Part shown: one piece after another, positions 11,356-21,663 of the stretch | Position numbering within the stretch: the stretch's first letter is position 1 | How the letters are laid out: the number at the start of each line of letters is the position of its first letter | Source: an uncultured Actinomycetota bacterium | GTDB taxonomy: Bacteria; Actinomycetota; Actinomycetes; Mycobacteriales; SCTD01 | Direction: 5' to 3' | Length of the DNA: 64,000 nt | Assembly (NCBI GenBank): GCA_963844295.1 | Contig: CAWJNR010000004.1 | Coordinates: 281,306-345,305 of the forward strand | The notes under the pieces: generated by a model | What the model saw: the letters and a program-made list of their open reading frames with translations, nothing else | The model's database searches: none | Told to the model about the DNA's origin: nothing | Program-made: the position numbers and the translations under genes

Positions 11356-12999
11356 ATGCGCGTCGACTGCATCTGGCGGGGCGGGAACGTCCTCACGGTC
11401 GACCCCGCCCGGCCACGGGCCAGCGCGCTGGCCGTCCTGGGGGACCGGATCGTGGCGGTCGGCGACGACGCCGACCTGGCCGGGCTGACGGCTGACCGCA
11501 CCGTCGAGCTGGGCGGCGCGACGGTCGTCCCCGGCTTCCACGACGCGCACGACCACTGCGTCTTCTTCGGGATGTCGCTGGCCGAGCTCGAGCTGAGCAC
11601 GCCGCCCGTGCAGAGCCTCGAGGACGTCTACGCCGCCGTCGCGGCAGCTGCCCGGGAGACGCCGGCGGGCGGGTGGGTCGTCGGCGCCGGCTACGACCAG
11701 AACCGGCTGGCCGAGCGGCGCCACCCGACGGCCCGTGAGCTGGACGCGGTCGCGCCCGACCACCGGGTCTGGCTGCGGCACACCTCGGGCCACATGGCGG
11801 TCGTCAACGGCGCGGTCCTCGCCGAGATCGGCATCGACGCAGCCGAAGTCCCCGCCGGCGGCCAGGTCGAGCGCGACGGGACCGGCCGCCCGACCGGACT
11901 CCTGCTCGAGACCGCGCAGTCACTGGTGCGCGACCTCGTCTACCCGTACTCCGTCGACGCCATCGCCGACGCGGTCGACCGCGCGACCCGGCACTACCTG
12001 ACCGAGGGCATCACCAGCGCGCAGGAGGCCGGCATCGGCGCCGGTCTCGTGGCGTGGAGCCCGCGCGAGCTCGCGGCGTACGCGCAGGCTCGTGCCACCG
12101 GGCGGCTGCACGTGCGCACGACGCTCATGGTCGCCGCGGACGCCCTGCACGAGATCGGCGGCAGCGCCGAGGACCTCACCACGTTCGGCCTCGACCTCGG
12201 CATCGCCACCGGGCTGGGCGACGAGACGCTGCGCCTCGGGCCGCTCAAGATCTTCTCGGACGGCTCGATGCTGGGCCGCACCGCCGCCATGCGGGCCGAC
12301 TTCGCCGACGACCCCGGCAACCGCGGCTTCCTGCAGCGCGACCCGGAGGAGCTGCGCGAGCTGGTCCGCCGCGCGCACCGCGGCGGCTGGCAGATCGCGA
12401 CGCACGCGATCGGCGACCTCGCCGTCGGGACCGCGCTGGACTGCTACGAGCACGCGCTGCGCGACCTGCCCCGCGACGACCACCGGCACCGCATCGAGCA
12501 CGCGGGGGTCGTGGACGACGCCGACCTCGAGCGCTTCGCCCGGCTCGGCGTGATCCCCGTGCCGCAAGGACGCTTCGTGCACGAGCTGGGCGACGGCATG
12601 GCCGCGGCGCTCGGGCCCGAGCGGGTGCTCCAGAGCTACCGGCAGCGCAGCTTCCTCGACCGGGGCATCCCGCTGCCCGGCAGCTCCGACCGCCCGGTCG
12701 TGCAGGGCGCGCCGCTCGCCGGCATCCGCGACCTCGTGCTGCGCCGGACCGCGAGCGGCGCCTCGTACGGGCCGGACGAGACGCTGACCCCGATGCAGGC
12801 GCTGCACGCGTGGACGATGGGCTCGGCCCACGCGGCGTTCGAGGAGCACCGGAAGGGCAGCCTCGTGCCCGGCAAGCTGGCCGACATGGCAGTCCTGTCC
12901 GGCGACCTCACCACCGTCGACCCCGAGCAGATCGCCGAGCTGCAGGTGCTGGCCACGGTCGTCGGGGGTGAGGTCCGGCACGACGTGGGGATCTGCTGA
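11356..12999 (+). CDS. amidohydrolase family protein (Amidohydro_3, YtcJ-like metal-dependent hydrolase)
   Basis: ATG at 11356. VVPGFHDAHDH metal-binding motif, HAIGDLAV, and IEHAG....DL. 547 aa. The upstream part of the 763-aa track ORF is non-coding read-through. Confidence 0.85.
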   Translation: MRVDCIWRGGNVLTVDPARPRASALAVLGDRIVAVGDDADLAGLTADRTVELGGATVVPGFHDAHDHCVFFGMSLAELELSTPPVQSLEDVYAAVAAAARETPAGGWVVGAGYDQNRLAERRHPTARELDAVAPDHRVWLRHTSGHMAVVNGAVLAEIGIDAAEVPAGGQVERDGTGRPTGLLLETAQSLVRDLVYPYSVDAIADAVDRATRHYLTEGITSAQEAGIGAGLVAWSPRELAAYAQARATGRLHVRTTLMVAADALHEIGGSAEDLTTFGLDLGIATGLGDETLRLGPLKIFSDGSMLGRTAAMRADFADDPGNRGFLQRDPEELRELVRRAHRGGWQIATHAIGDLAVGTALDCYEHALRDLPRDDHRHRIEHAGVVDDADLERFARLGVIPVPQGRFVHELGDGMAAALGPERVLQSYRQRSFLDRGIPLPGSSDRPVVQGAPLAGIRDLVLRRTASGASYGPDETLTPMQALHAWTMGSAHAAFEEHRKGSLVPGKLADMAVLSGDLTTVDPEQIAELQVLATVVGGEVRHDVGIC

Positions 13000-13035
13000 C
13001 CGAGGGGGCTCTCGACCCGTCGCGCGGCTCGGGGC

Positions 13036-14664
13036 ATGCTCCGCCCCATGCCTGAGGACACGATGTTCAGCCCCGAGACCGCCGCCGCCATCGCCCGCGC
13101 GCGGCAGCACTCCGTCGGCGACCTGCTCCGCCGCACCGCCCTGCGCTACCCCGACAAGCTCGCGGTCGTCGACGGCGAGCGGCGGATGAGCTTCGCCGAG
13201 CTCGACGCCGCGGTGAACCGGACCGCCGCCGCGCTCGCCTCCCGCGGTCTGGTCAAGGGGGACCGGCTGGCGCTGCTGTCGCACAACTGCTGGCAGTTCG
13301 CGGTCCTGGCCTTCGCCACCGCCAAGCTCGGCGTGGTCCTCGTACCGGTGAACTTCATGCTCGGAGCGGAGGAGATCGCCTTCATCCTCGAGCACTCCGG
13401 TGCGGCGGGCATGGTCGCCGAGGACGCGCTGGCTCCCACCGCGGCCAGGGCGCTGGCCGCCGCAGGTCGCACCGACGGCGTGCGCGGCTGGATCGGGCTG
13501 TCCGGCGCGTCGCCCGACCCCGGCTGGGAGGACGTCGCCGGCTGGGCGGAAGAGGGCGACGCGAGCGAGCCGGACGTCCTCATCGGCGACGACGACCCGC
13601 TGCGCCTGATGTACACCTCCGGCACGGAGTCGCGGCCCAAGGGCGTGATGCTGTCCAGCCGGTCGCTGGTCGCGCAGTACGTCAGCTGCGTCGTCGACGG
13701 CGGCATGAGCGTCGACGACGTCGAGGTCCACGCGCTGCCGATGTACCACTGCGCGCAGCTGGACTGCTTCTTCAGCGTCGACGTCTACCTGGGCGCGACC
13801 AGCGTCATCCTGCCCGCGCCCGACCCGGTCGTGCTGCTCGAGACGGTCGAGCGGGAGAGGGTCACCAAGCTGTTCTGCCCGCCCACGGTGTGGATCTCGC
13901 TGCTGCGCTGCCCGGACTTCGAGACCCGCGACCTGTCCTCGCTGCGCAAGGGCTACTACGGCGCCTCGGCGATGCCGGTCGAGGTGCTGCGCGAGCTGCA
14001 GCGCCGCCTGCCGGACGTGCAGCTGTGGAACTTCTACGGCCAGACCGAGATGGCGCCGCTGGCCACGATCCTGCGGCCGCACGAGCAGCTCCCGCACGCG
14101 GGCTCAGCCGGGCGCGCGTCCATCAACGTGGAGACGCGCTGCGTCGACGACGACGACGAGCAGGTGCCGCCCGGCGAGGTCGGCGAGATCGTCCACCGCA
14201 GCCCGCACGCGGCGCTCGGCTACTACCGCGACGAGGAGAAGACCGCGGCGGCCTTCCGCAACGGCTGGTTCCACTCCGGCGACCTCGGCGTCATGACCGA
14301 GGAGGGCTACCTCTCGGTCGTCGACCGCAAGAAGGACATGATCAAGACCGGCGGGGAGAACGTCGCGAGCCGCGAGGTCGAGGAGATGATCTACCAGCTC
14401 GAGGGGGTCGCCGAGGTCGCCGTCTTCGGGATCCAGCACCCGCACTGGATCGAGGCGGTGACGGCCGTCGTCGTCCCGAAGCCGGGCGTCGAGCTGGACG
14501 TCGAGCAGGTGAAGGCGCACGCCCGGGAGCACCTGGCGGGCTACAAGCGCCCGAAGTTCGTGGTCCTCGCCGACAGCCTGCCGAAGAACCCCAGCGGCAA
14601 GATCCTCAAGCGGGAGCTGCGGCAGCGGCACGCGGACCTGGCGGCCGGCGACCGGTCGGCCTGA
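13036..14664 (+). CDS. AMP-dependent acyl-CoA synthetase/ligase
   Basis: AMP-binding signature LMYTSGTESRPKGV, GWFHSGDLG, and DRKKDMIKTGGENV. 542-aa intact ORF. Confidence 0.9.
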   Translation: MLRPMPEDTMFSPETAAAIARARQHSVGDLLRRTALRYPDKLAVVDGERRMSFAELDAAVNRTAAALASRGLVKGDRLALLSHNCWQFAVLAFATAKLGVVLVPVNFMLGAEEIAFILEHSGAAGMVAEDALAPTAARALAAAGRTDGVRGWIGLSGASPDPGWEDVAGWAEEGDASEPDVLIGDDDPLRLMYTSGTESRPKGVMLSSRSLVAQYVSCVVDGGMSVDDVEVHALPMYHCAQLDCFFSVDVYLGATSVILPAPDPVVLLETVERERVTKLFCPPTVWISLLRCPDFETRDLSSLRKGYYGASAMPVEVLRELQRRLPDVQLWNFYGQTEMAPLATILRPHEQLPHAGSAGRASINVETRCVDDDDEQVPPGEVGEIVHRSPHAALGYYRDEEKTAAAFRNGWFHSGDLGVMTEEGYLSVVDRKKDMIKTGGENVASREVEEMIYQLEGVAEVAVFGIQHPHWIEAVTAVVVPKPGVELDVEQVKAHAREHLAGYKRPKFVVLADSLPKNPSGKILKRELRQRHADLAAGDRSA

Positions 14665-14768
14665 GCCGGGGCTCGTGACACGAGGCCCTTGGCGGCGCAC
14701 GATCAGGACTGCCGCCGCGCCGACCACCTGCGACCGTCCGGCCACGGGGCGCGGCCTGGGAGCCCGTC

Positions 14769-15404
14769 ATGAGCACTGACGACAGGGACCTGTCCTCGCT
14801 GGCCGCTCGCGCGCACGAGCACGTCGTGACAGCGCTCGAGGAGCCCGAGCAGCAGGGGCCGGCCGGCGTCGCCTGGTGCTCGGCCCACCTCGGCGCCGTC
14901 GACGCGGTGCTCCACGCGGAGGCCCACCGACGGGTGCCGCAGGCGCGGGACCGGCTGCGGGCCGCGCGGGATGCCGACCGGGTGCTGCAGCACGCGCTCG
15001 GCCGCCTCGACCGGCGGCTGACCGGGGACACCCACCTCGACCACGTCCCGGTCGAGCGGGTCGTCGGGGAGGTCCTGTCGGCCCTCGACGCCCATGCGCG
15101 CACCGAGGAGCGGCTGCTCGAACCGCTGGTCGCAGCGCTGTCCGTGGAGGAACGCGGCGAGCTCGCGGAGCGGCTCGAGGCGGCGACCGTCGACGCCCCG
15201 ACCCGGCCGCACCCGCACGTCCCGCACACGCCGTTCACCCCCGCGGTCGAGCGGCTCGAGGCCGCGGTCGACCGGGTGCGCGACGCCCTGGACAACCGGG
15301 TCGGCGCGACCGGCCGCCCGCTGCCTGCGCCGCGCCCGCTCGGGAGGTGGGGGAGCTACCTCACCGGCTCGCCGTGGCCGGACCGGGAGGTCCGGCGCCG
15401 CTGA
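14769..15404 (+). CDS. hypothetical protein, possibly hemerythrin-like (HHE) domain
   Basis: Intact 211-aa ORF with high GC3. Helical repeats with His/Glu pairs (HLGAVDAVLHAEAH, HARTEERLLEPL) and a PTRPHPHVPH tail. The family assignment is by eye only. Confidence 0.5.
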   Translation: MSTDDRDLSSLAARAHEHVVTALEEPEQQGPAGVAWCSAHLGAVDAVLHAEAHRRVPQARDRLRAARDADRVLQHALGRLDRRLTGDTHLDHVPVERVVGEVLSALDAHARTEERLLEPLVAALSVEERGELAERLEAATVDAPTRPHPHVPHTPFTPAVERLEAAVDRVRDALDNRVGATGRPLPAPRPLGRWGSYLTGSPWPDREVRRR

Positions 15405-15591
15405 CCGGCCCCTGCCGACCCGCGGCTGGTTCAGGAGCTGCGGGAGGCCGGTTCGTCTCCGCCGGCCACGCGGTCGGACGTCCGGACCCCCACCGACGAC
15501 TGCGCGCTGCCGGACGCGGCCCCGCCTGGCGGGCGCCCGACGGACCGGGCCCGCTGCTCCCCGCCCGCCGACGACCTCGTGCGCCCCTTCC

Positions 15592-16677
15592 TCACGGGGC
15601 TGTGAGGAAGAACGGCACGCCCGCCCTCAGGCACAGCTCCCGGAGCTGGGTGACCAGCGGCCCGGGCAGCGGGATGCCGCCGGCGGCGCGTTCCAGCCGT
15701 GATCGCGTCTCGGGATCTCCTGCCACCAGGACCGGCAGATCGGGGTCGGTGGGCGCGGTGGCGTGGAGCTCGTCCAGCAGCTCGGCGACGTCGCCCTCGA
15801 AGCCGCCGTCCTCGCGGAACGTCGCTGGGTCCAGGGCGAGGAAGAAGTGCCCGATGTCCGACGACCCTCCCGGACTCGCTCCCGCGCCGGACAGGGTCGC
15901 GGACAGGATCTGGACCATGACGCCGAGCCCGTAGCCCTTGTGGCTCGCCAGATCGGCGGTGGCGCCGAGCGGTGTCAGGCCGCCGCGGCCAGGACTCCGG
16001 ATCACCGTCATGGCCTCGTGGGGGTCAGTGACCGGGTCGCCGTCCGGGCCGACGACCCAGCCGACCGGCAGCTGCTCCTCGACGTACCCCCGCACCTTGA
16101 TCTTGTTGATGGCCGTGGTGCTGGTCGACATGTCGAGCAGGAACGGAGGGTGTCGCCCCGCCGGCGCCGCGAACGCGAGCGGGTTGGTGGACAGCCGCGG
16201 CTCGGCCCCCCTGGTGGGCAGCACCGAGATCGTGCGTGCCGTGGTGGTGACGAGCGCGACCAGCCCGCGGGCCGCGGCCAGGCCCGCGTAGTAGCCGGTC
16301 GCGCCGAAGTGCGACGAGCCGCGCACCGACACCGCTCCGAGTCCGTGCGCGAGGGCCTTGTCTCCTGCGAGCGTCATCGCCCGCACGGCGGTGGGGTGCC
16401 CGAGCCCTCCGCGAGCGTCGAGGACGGCACTGACCGCCGTCTCGCGGAGGACGACGGGCAGCGCCGTGAGCCGGAGCTCTCCGCGAGCGTGCAGCTGCTC
16501 GTACGTCGGCAGCATGGACACGCCGTGCGAGTCGATGCCGGCCAGGTCGGCGTCGGTGATGGCACGGGCGGCGGTGTCCGCGTCGTCGTGCCGCATCCCC
16601 CAGGCGCGCAGCACCTCTCGCACCTGCTGCTCGACGACGTCCGAGTCCACCAGGACGGGGCGGTCAGCCGTGCTCAC
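15592..16677 (-). CDS. Ldh_2 family (malate/L-lactate/ureidoglycolate-type) oxidoreductase
   Basis: GTG at 16677. GIDSHGVSMLPTY, SSHFGATGYYA, NPLAFAAP and SHKGYGLG motifs of the Ldh_2 family. The start overlaps the stop of the upstream gene by 4 nt. Confidence 0.85.
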   Translation of the reverse strand: MSTADRPVLVDSDVVEQQVREVLRAWGMRHDDADTAARAITDADLAGIDSHGVSMLPTYEQLHARGELRLTALPVVLRETAVSAVLDARGGLGHPTAVRAMTLAGDKALAHGLGAVSVRGSSHFGATGYYAGLAAARGLVALVTTTARTISVLPTRGAEPRLSTNPLAFAAPAGRHPPFLLDMSTSTTAINKIKVRGYVEEQLPVGWVVGPDGDPVTDPHEAMTVIRSPGRGGLTPLGATADLASHKGYGLGVMVQILSATLSGAGASPGGSSDIGHFFLALDPATFREDGGFEGDVAELLDELHATAPTDPDLPVLVAGDPETRSRLERAAGGIPLPGPLVTQLRELCLRAGVPFFLTAP

Positions 16678-17426
16678 CGGCGGTGGTCGAGCAGGCGCTG
16701 CAGCCGGTCCTGGGTGTCGGCGCTGGCGAGGCAGACCGCCTGAGCCGCTGCGTCGACGAGCCGGTGGCGGTCGCCCTGCACGCGCATGGCTTCTTTCGCC
16801 AGCCGCTGGGCCAGGCTCGATCCCTCGGCGAGGTCGCCGAGCAGGTCGGCCAGCGCGTCGTCCAGCTCGTCCGTCTCGACACAGCGCGAGACCAGGCCGG
16901 TGGTGGCCGCCTGCGCGCCGGTCATGCGTCGCCCGGTCAGCACGAGGTCGGTCGCCAGGCCGGTCCCGACGAGCTGAGCGAGGCGCACCAGGGCGCCCGC
17001 GCTGGGGACGATCCCGAGGCGCACCTCGGGCAGACCCCAGAGGGCTGTCGTCGAAGTGATGCGGAAGTCGCACGCGAGTGCGAGCTCGCACCCGCCGCCG
17101 AGCGCCGCACCGTCCACCACGGCGACGGTCGGCCACGGGTGGTCGTGCAGGCGCTGGAAGAGGGTGCCGTTGAGCCGCGACAGCGAGTCGTCCGTGGAGC
17201 GGGCGCGCAGCTGCGCCACATCGCTCCCCGCCACGAACATGCCCGGCGCGCGACTGCGGACGACCACCGGCAGCGGTGTGGCCGCGTGCTCCTCGAGCGC
17301 TGAGGACAGGGCCCGACTCAGGTCGAGGTCGAGGGCGTTGCGCTTGTCCGGACGGTCGAGCAGCAGCGTCACCGCGTGCGGGCCCACGTCGACCTGGAGG
17401 ACCGCACGGGCAGGGCTTGGGGACAT
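16674..17426 (-). CDS. enoyl-CoA hydratase/isomerase (crotonase) family protein
   Basis: LLLDRPDKRNAL, VAVVDGAALGGGCELALACDFRI and GLPEVRLGIVPSAG (oxyanion hole). ATG at 17426; a TATACA box ends about 9 nt upstream, so the transcript may be leaderless. Confidence 0.85.
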   Translation of the reverse strand: MSPSPARAVLQVDVGPHAVTLLLDRPDKRNALDLDLSRALSSALEEHAATPLPVVVRSRAPGMFVAGSDVAQLRARSTDDSLSRLNGTLFQRLHDHPWPTVAVVDGAALGGGCELALACDFRITSTTALWGLPEVRLGIVPSAGALVRLAQLVGTGLATDLVLTGRRMTGAQAATTGLVSRCVETDELDDALADLLGDLAEGSSLAQRLAKEAMRVQGDRHRLVDAAAQAVCLASADTQDRLQRLLDHRR

Positions 17427-17503
17427 GCCGACACTGTATAGAATGTCAGGTTCCCGGGGGAGCACCCTTGGCCACCCTGCCCGAACGAGGAGCGTGCACC
17501 CCA

Positions 17504-17740
17504 GTGTCGGACCCGAGAAGCGCCGACGGGGGCGACGGGCCGATCCGTCGCCTGCGAGCAGGCCTGCTGGACGCCAACCCCTACGTCGTGGCCGCGGCGC
17601 AGATCGCCCTCATGCTGGCCAGCGGACTGCTGATCACCAACGGGTTGGCGCTGCCGGGCCTCGTCCTCCTGCTGGCCGTGACGGGGTCCAACGCCCTGCT
17701 GGTGCGTGGTCGTCGCGCACGGGACGGCGGCCGGACCTGA
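17504..17740 (+). CDS. small hypothetical membrane protein
   Basis: GTG start, 78 aa, high GC3. One or two hydrophobic helices (VVAAAQIALMLASGLLITNGLALPGLVLLLAVTG). No family recognised. Confidence 0.35.
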   Translation: MSDPRSADGGDGPIRRLRAGLLDANPYVVAAAQIALMLASGLLITNGLALPGLVLLLAVTGSNALLVRGRRARDGGRT

Positions 17741-17764
17741 GCGCTGCTCGCGGAGCTCGAGGAG

Positions 17765-18421
17765 TCAGAGGTGCTCACGCAGGCGGGCGGCGTTCATGAT
17801 GTGCTGGCGGGCGCGTTCGCCGGCCAGCTGCGCGTCCCTGGACCGCAGCGCCTCGAGGATCCCCTCGTGGTCGGCGGTCAGCTCACGGGCCGCGTCGTGG
17901 TCGCGCCAGATCGTCACGCGGGGCGGGAAGAGCGTCCACAGGCTCGAGGCGTGCGAGGCGATCAGCTCTGAGCCTGCGTGGTAGATGGTGAAGTGCAGTC
18001 GGCGGTTGAGCACAGCGAGGTCCTGTCCGCCGGCGTCGACGCTGACCTGCAGGTCGCGGTGCACGGCCTCGACAGCGGCGAGGTCAACGTCCGTCATCCG
18101 CTCGACGGCGACGGACGTCGCCAGGCCCTCGATCTCCGCGCGCAGGAGGTAGACGTCCTGGACGCGTTCCGGCGACAGCTCGCGCACCGTGGCTCCGCGG
18201 TGCGGCGCGTAGCTGATGGTCCCACCTGCCTCGAGCAGCCGGAGGGCCTCCCGGACGGGGGTGGCGCTGACGCCGTAGCGGGCGGCGATGCCGCTCTGGC
18301 GCAGCGAGCTTCCCGGCACCACGACGCCGCTCGCGATGTCCTCGCGCAGCCGCTGCAGGACGTACTCGGTCTTGCTCAGCGGTGGCGAAGGGGGCTCAGC
18401 AGGGGCCGGGGCCTTCGTCAC
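17765..18421 (-). CDS. GntR family transcriptional regulator (FadR/FCD subfamily)
   Basis: Winged HTH LRQSGIAARYGVSATPVREALRLLEAGG followed by a helical FCD-type domain. Divergent from the PrpD-family gene at 18577. Confidence 0.85.
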   Translation of the reverse strand: MTKAPAPAEPPSPPLSKTEYVLQRLREDIASGVVVPGSSLRQSGIAARYGVSATPVREALRLLEAGGTISYAPHRGATVRELSPERVQDVYLLRAEIEGLATSVAVERMTDVDLAAVEAVHRDLQVSVDAGGQDLAVLNRRLHFTIYHAGSELIASHASSLWTLFPPRVTIWRDHDAARELTADHEGILEALRSRDAQLAGERARQHIMNAARLREHL

Positions 18422-18576
18422 GGTCGGACCTCCTGCTCAGCTGGCTCCGGCGAGGCAGCAGCCGAACCCTAGACCGGGACCACCCGACCCGGAAGTCGAC
18501 ATGATATAGGTTGCCGACGCAAGTCCGGCCGGAGCCCGCGGGGCTCGCCGCCACCACCCACGTCAAGAGGGGCCCC

Positions 18577-19914
18577 ATGACCGACCCCGTCGCCCGCGAC
18601 CTCGCGGACTTCTCCCTGTCCTGTGCCGCGGCGGAGCCTGCTGCCCTGCACGAGGCCGCCCGGCGCCTGCTCGACGTGTACAGCCTGTCCGCCGCGTCCG
18701 GCCAGGACGGGCCGGTGCGGATCGCGAAGGGGCTGTCCGAGCCCCGCCAGGGCTCGGACGGCGTCACGGTCTGGTTCGAGCCGGGCCGCTACGAGCTGGC
18801 CGGGGCGGTCTTGGCCAACTGCGTCGCGACCCGGTACCGCGACATGAACGACTCCTACTTCAACCGGGAGTCCCTGCACCCGAGCGACATGGTCCCCGCC
18901 CTGTGCGGCGTGGCCGAGCAGGCGGGCGCCACCGTCGGACAGCTGCTGGACGCCGCATGCGTGGCCTACGACGTCGCGGTCGACATGGCCGACACCTGGC
19001 GCACCTCGGCCCGCGGTGCAGATCACGTCAACCTGATCCGCTTCGGCACCGTGGCAGGTGCCGGCCGCCTGCTGGGCCTGTCCGAGGAGCGGCTCACCCA
19101 GGCCTTCGCCATCGCCGCCACCACCCAGATCGCCACTCGGCAGACCCGGCGCGGTGACCTGACGATGTGGAAGGGCTACGCCGCCGGCGACAGCGCCGTC
19201 GGGGGACTGCGCGCGGTGCGCATGGCAGCTGCCGGTGTCGACGGCCCGACGCTGTCCTTCGTCGGCGACATGGGGTTCCAGGCCGTCGCCGTCGACGAGG
19301 CGACGCGGGTCGAGCGGTGGACTCCCACGACCGGAGGCCGTCGCGTCCTCGACACCCACCTGAAGGTCCACCCGGTGGGCTACCTGTCGCAGGCGCCCGC
19401 AGAGGTCGCCATCGCGCTGCACGGCCGCCTCGGCGGCGCCACGGTCGTCAGCGCCCAGGTCACCACGTACCGCCGCGCCAAGGAGATCATGGCCGACCCG
19501 GAGAAGTGGCACCCCCGCTCGCAGGAGACGGCAGACCACTCGCTGCCCTACATCGTCACCGTCTGCCTGCTGGACGGCCGCGTGGGGACGGACTCCATGC
19601 ACGAGTCGCGCTTCAGCGCACCTGACGTGTCCAGGCTCCTGCCGGAGGTGGAGGTCGTCGTCGACGAGGAGATGACGGCGGCCTACCCGCAGGAGATGGC
19701 CGTGCGCATCGAGGTGGTCACGAGCTCGGGAGAGCACCTCGAGGCCGCCGTGCCCTGGCCGCTGGGCCACGCCCGGCGACCCCTGACGGACGACCAGCTG
19801 CTCACCCGTTCGTCGGAGCTGCTGGCGGCGGCCCTCGGAGACGCGGCTCCCACCACCGCCGCCCGGCTGCTCCACCCTGATCTCGACCGCCCGGTCGGGG
19901 ACCTCTGGACCTAG
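18577..19914 (+). CDS. MmgE/PrpD family protein (paralogue 1)
   Basis: ATG at 18577 after AAGAGGGG. Roughly 445 aa with PrpD-like core (HPSDMVPALCGVAE, YLSQAPAEVAIAL, ADHSLPYIV). Confidence 0.85.
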   Translation: MTDPVARDLADFSLSCAAAEPAALHEAARRLLDVYSLSAASGQDGPVRIAKGLSEPRQGSDGVTVWFEPGRYELAGAVLANCVATRYRDMNDSYFNRESLHPSDMVPALCGVAEQAGATVGQLLDAACVAYDVAVDMADTWRTSARGADHVNLIRFGTVAGAGRLLGLSEERLTQAFAIAATTQIATRQTRRGDLTMWKGYAAGDSAVGGLRAVRMAAAGVDGPTLSFVGDMGFQAVAVDEATRVERWTPTTGGRRVLDTHLKVHPVGYLSQAPAEVAIALHGRLGGATVVSAQVTTYRRAKEIMADPEKWHPRSQETADHSLPYIVTVCLLDGRVGTDSMHESRFSAPDVSRLLPEVEVVVDEEMTAAYPQEMAVRIEVVTSSGEHLEAAVPWPLGHARRPLTDDQLLTRSSELLAAALGDAAPTTAARLLHPDLDRPVGDLWT

Positions 19915-19926
19915 GACAGGAACCCC

Positions 19927-21316
19927 ATGGCCAGCTCGCCCGCCATCTCCCCGGTGATGACCGAGGTGTCGCGCTACGTCGCGGCGTCCGGACGCACTCC
20001 CCTTCCCGACGACGTGGTGGAGAAGACCAAGCACCACGTCCTCGACACGCTGGCTGCGATGGTGTCCGGGGGACCGCTGCTCCCGGGTCGCCAGGCGATC
20101 AGCTACGTGCGGACGCAAGGCGGCACGCCGGAGGCCACGGTCGTCGGCACCGACGTGGTGACCACGGCGACCAACGCCGCTCTGGCCAACGGCATGCTCG
20201 CCCATGCTGACGAGACCGACGACTCCCACGCGCCGTCGCTCACCCACCCGGGTTGCGGCATCGTCCCCGCCGCCCTCGCGATGGCTGAGCGCGAGCAGCG
20301 CAGCGGCACCGAGCTGCTGCGGGCGGTCGCTCTCGGCTACGACATCGGCTGCCGGATGACGATGGCGCTCGCACTCCTACGACTTCCGGCGGGTGGGCCA
20401 CTCGACGCACAGCTTCGGACCGATGTTCGGCGCAGCGGTCGCCGCCGGTTCGCTGGCCGGCGTGTCCGAGGTGGGTGCGCGCCACCTGCTGTCCTACACG
20501 GCGCAGCAGACCTCCGGCATCGCGTGCTGGATGCGCGACGTCGACCACGTGGAGAAGGCCTTCGACTTCGGCGGCATGCCAGCGCGCAACGGCGTGGCGG
20601 CGGCGACCTTCGTCGCGCACGGCTTCACCGGGGTCGACGACGTCTTCTCCGGCGAGCGCAGCTTCTTCGACGCCTACGACGAGTCCGCGCGCATCGGGAA
20701 GGCGCCCGAGCCCGAGCGCCTGGTGCACGAGCTGGGGACCACGTTCGAGGTCATGAACACCAACATCAAGCGCTGGTCGGTGGGCTCGCCGATCCAGGCT
20801 CCCCTCGACGGGCTGCTGGACCTGGTCCGCGAGCACGGCATCGGTCCGGACGACGTGGACCGGCTCGTGGTGCGGGTGTCGCACCAGGGCGCGAACACGG
20901 TCGACGACCGCGACATGCCCGACATCTGCCTGCAGCACCTCTGCGCCGTCATGATCATCGACGGCATCGTGACGTTCGAGTCGGCGCACGACGAGGAGCG
21001 GATGCGCGATCCGCAGGTGCTCGCCCTGCGGTCGCGGATCGAGCTGCGAGGCGACGACGAGATGAGCCGGGTGATGCCGTCCCGCCAGGCCCTGCTCGAC
21101 CTGACCCTCCGGGACGGTCGCGAGATCTCCCACCGCGTGACAGCGGTCCTCGGCACGGCCGACAACCCGATGACGCGCCAGCAGGTGGACGAGAAGTGCT
21201 TCCACCTGCTGGCGCCGGTGCTGGGACCGGACCGTGGACGGGCCCTGTGCGATGCCGTCTGGTCTCTCGAGGACGTCCGGAGTGCCGTGGACCTGCGCCC
21301 CCTGCTCCAGGGCTGA
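19927..21316 (+). pseudogene. MmgE/PrpD family protein (paralogue 2) with one apparent frameshift
   Basis: The N-terminal half (HADETDDSHAPSLTHPGCGIVPAALAMAE...GYDIGCRMTMAL) is in frame 1. The rest (YDFRRVGHSTHSFGPMFGAAV ... to stop 21316) is in frame 2. The switch is at about 20370-20377. Confidence 0.8.
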
Positions 21317-21322
21317 GGGATC

Positions 21323-21353
21323 CCCGCACGGACGTGACCCACGTCCGTGCGGG
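21323..21353 (+). terminator. perfect 14-bp stem / 3-nt loop hairpin downstream of PrpD paralogue 2
   Basis: CCCGCACGGACGTG-ACC-CACGTCCGTGCGGG read directly. It begins 7 nt after the stop codon and has no U-tract. Confidence 0.6.
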
Positions 21354-21451
21354 TAGTCACAGCCGCTGCGAGGAATCGGGCCGTCGGCCGGGGCGCTCAT
21401 CACGACGACGGGTTCGTCCGTCGACCTGACGCCTCGAAGGAGCACTGCCGC

Positions 21452-21646
21452 ATGTCCGCACAGACCCTCGACCACCGTCCCGCCCTCACGCGCACGGTCA
21501 CGGCCGAGGTCCGCCGTCCCCTCCTGCGCGAGCTCTTCGTGGTCCTCCTCGACGCTGTGGGCGCGGTGCGCCAGCTGCGCAGCGCGCAGACCCCGGCCGC
21601 CCATCACGCCGTGGCTGCGGCGTTCGCCCGCGACCTGCGCCGCTAG
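21452..21646 (+). CDS. small hypothetical protein (64 aa)
   Basis: ATG preceded by GAAGGAG at an 8-nt spacing. GC3 is very high. MSAQTLDHRPALTRTVTAEVRRPLLRELFVVLLDAVGAVRQLR... Confidence 0.5.
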   Translation: MSAQTLDHRPALTRTVTAEVRRPLLRELFVVLLDAVGAVRQLRSAQTPAAHHAVAAAFARDLRR

Positions 21647-21663
21647 CACCGGCGGACCGACCG

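Noticed and set aside
11920-14097. 725-aa ORF on the minus strand across the amidohydrolase and acyl-CoA synthetase genes. Similar cases are 18469..20247 (-), 20240..22243 (-), 25071..26339 (-), 29853..31376 (+), 32015..33397 (+) and 34040..35785 (-).
   Set aside because: All are antisense to ORFs carrying strong family signatures and have Arg/Gly/Asp/His-rich compositions without recognisable domains. I treated them as shadow ORFs.
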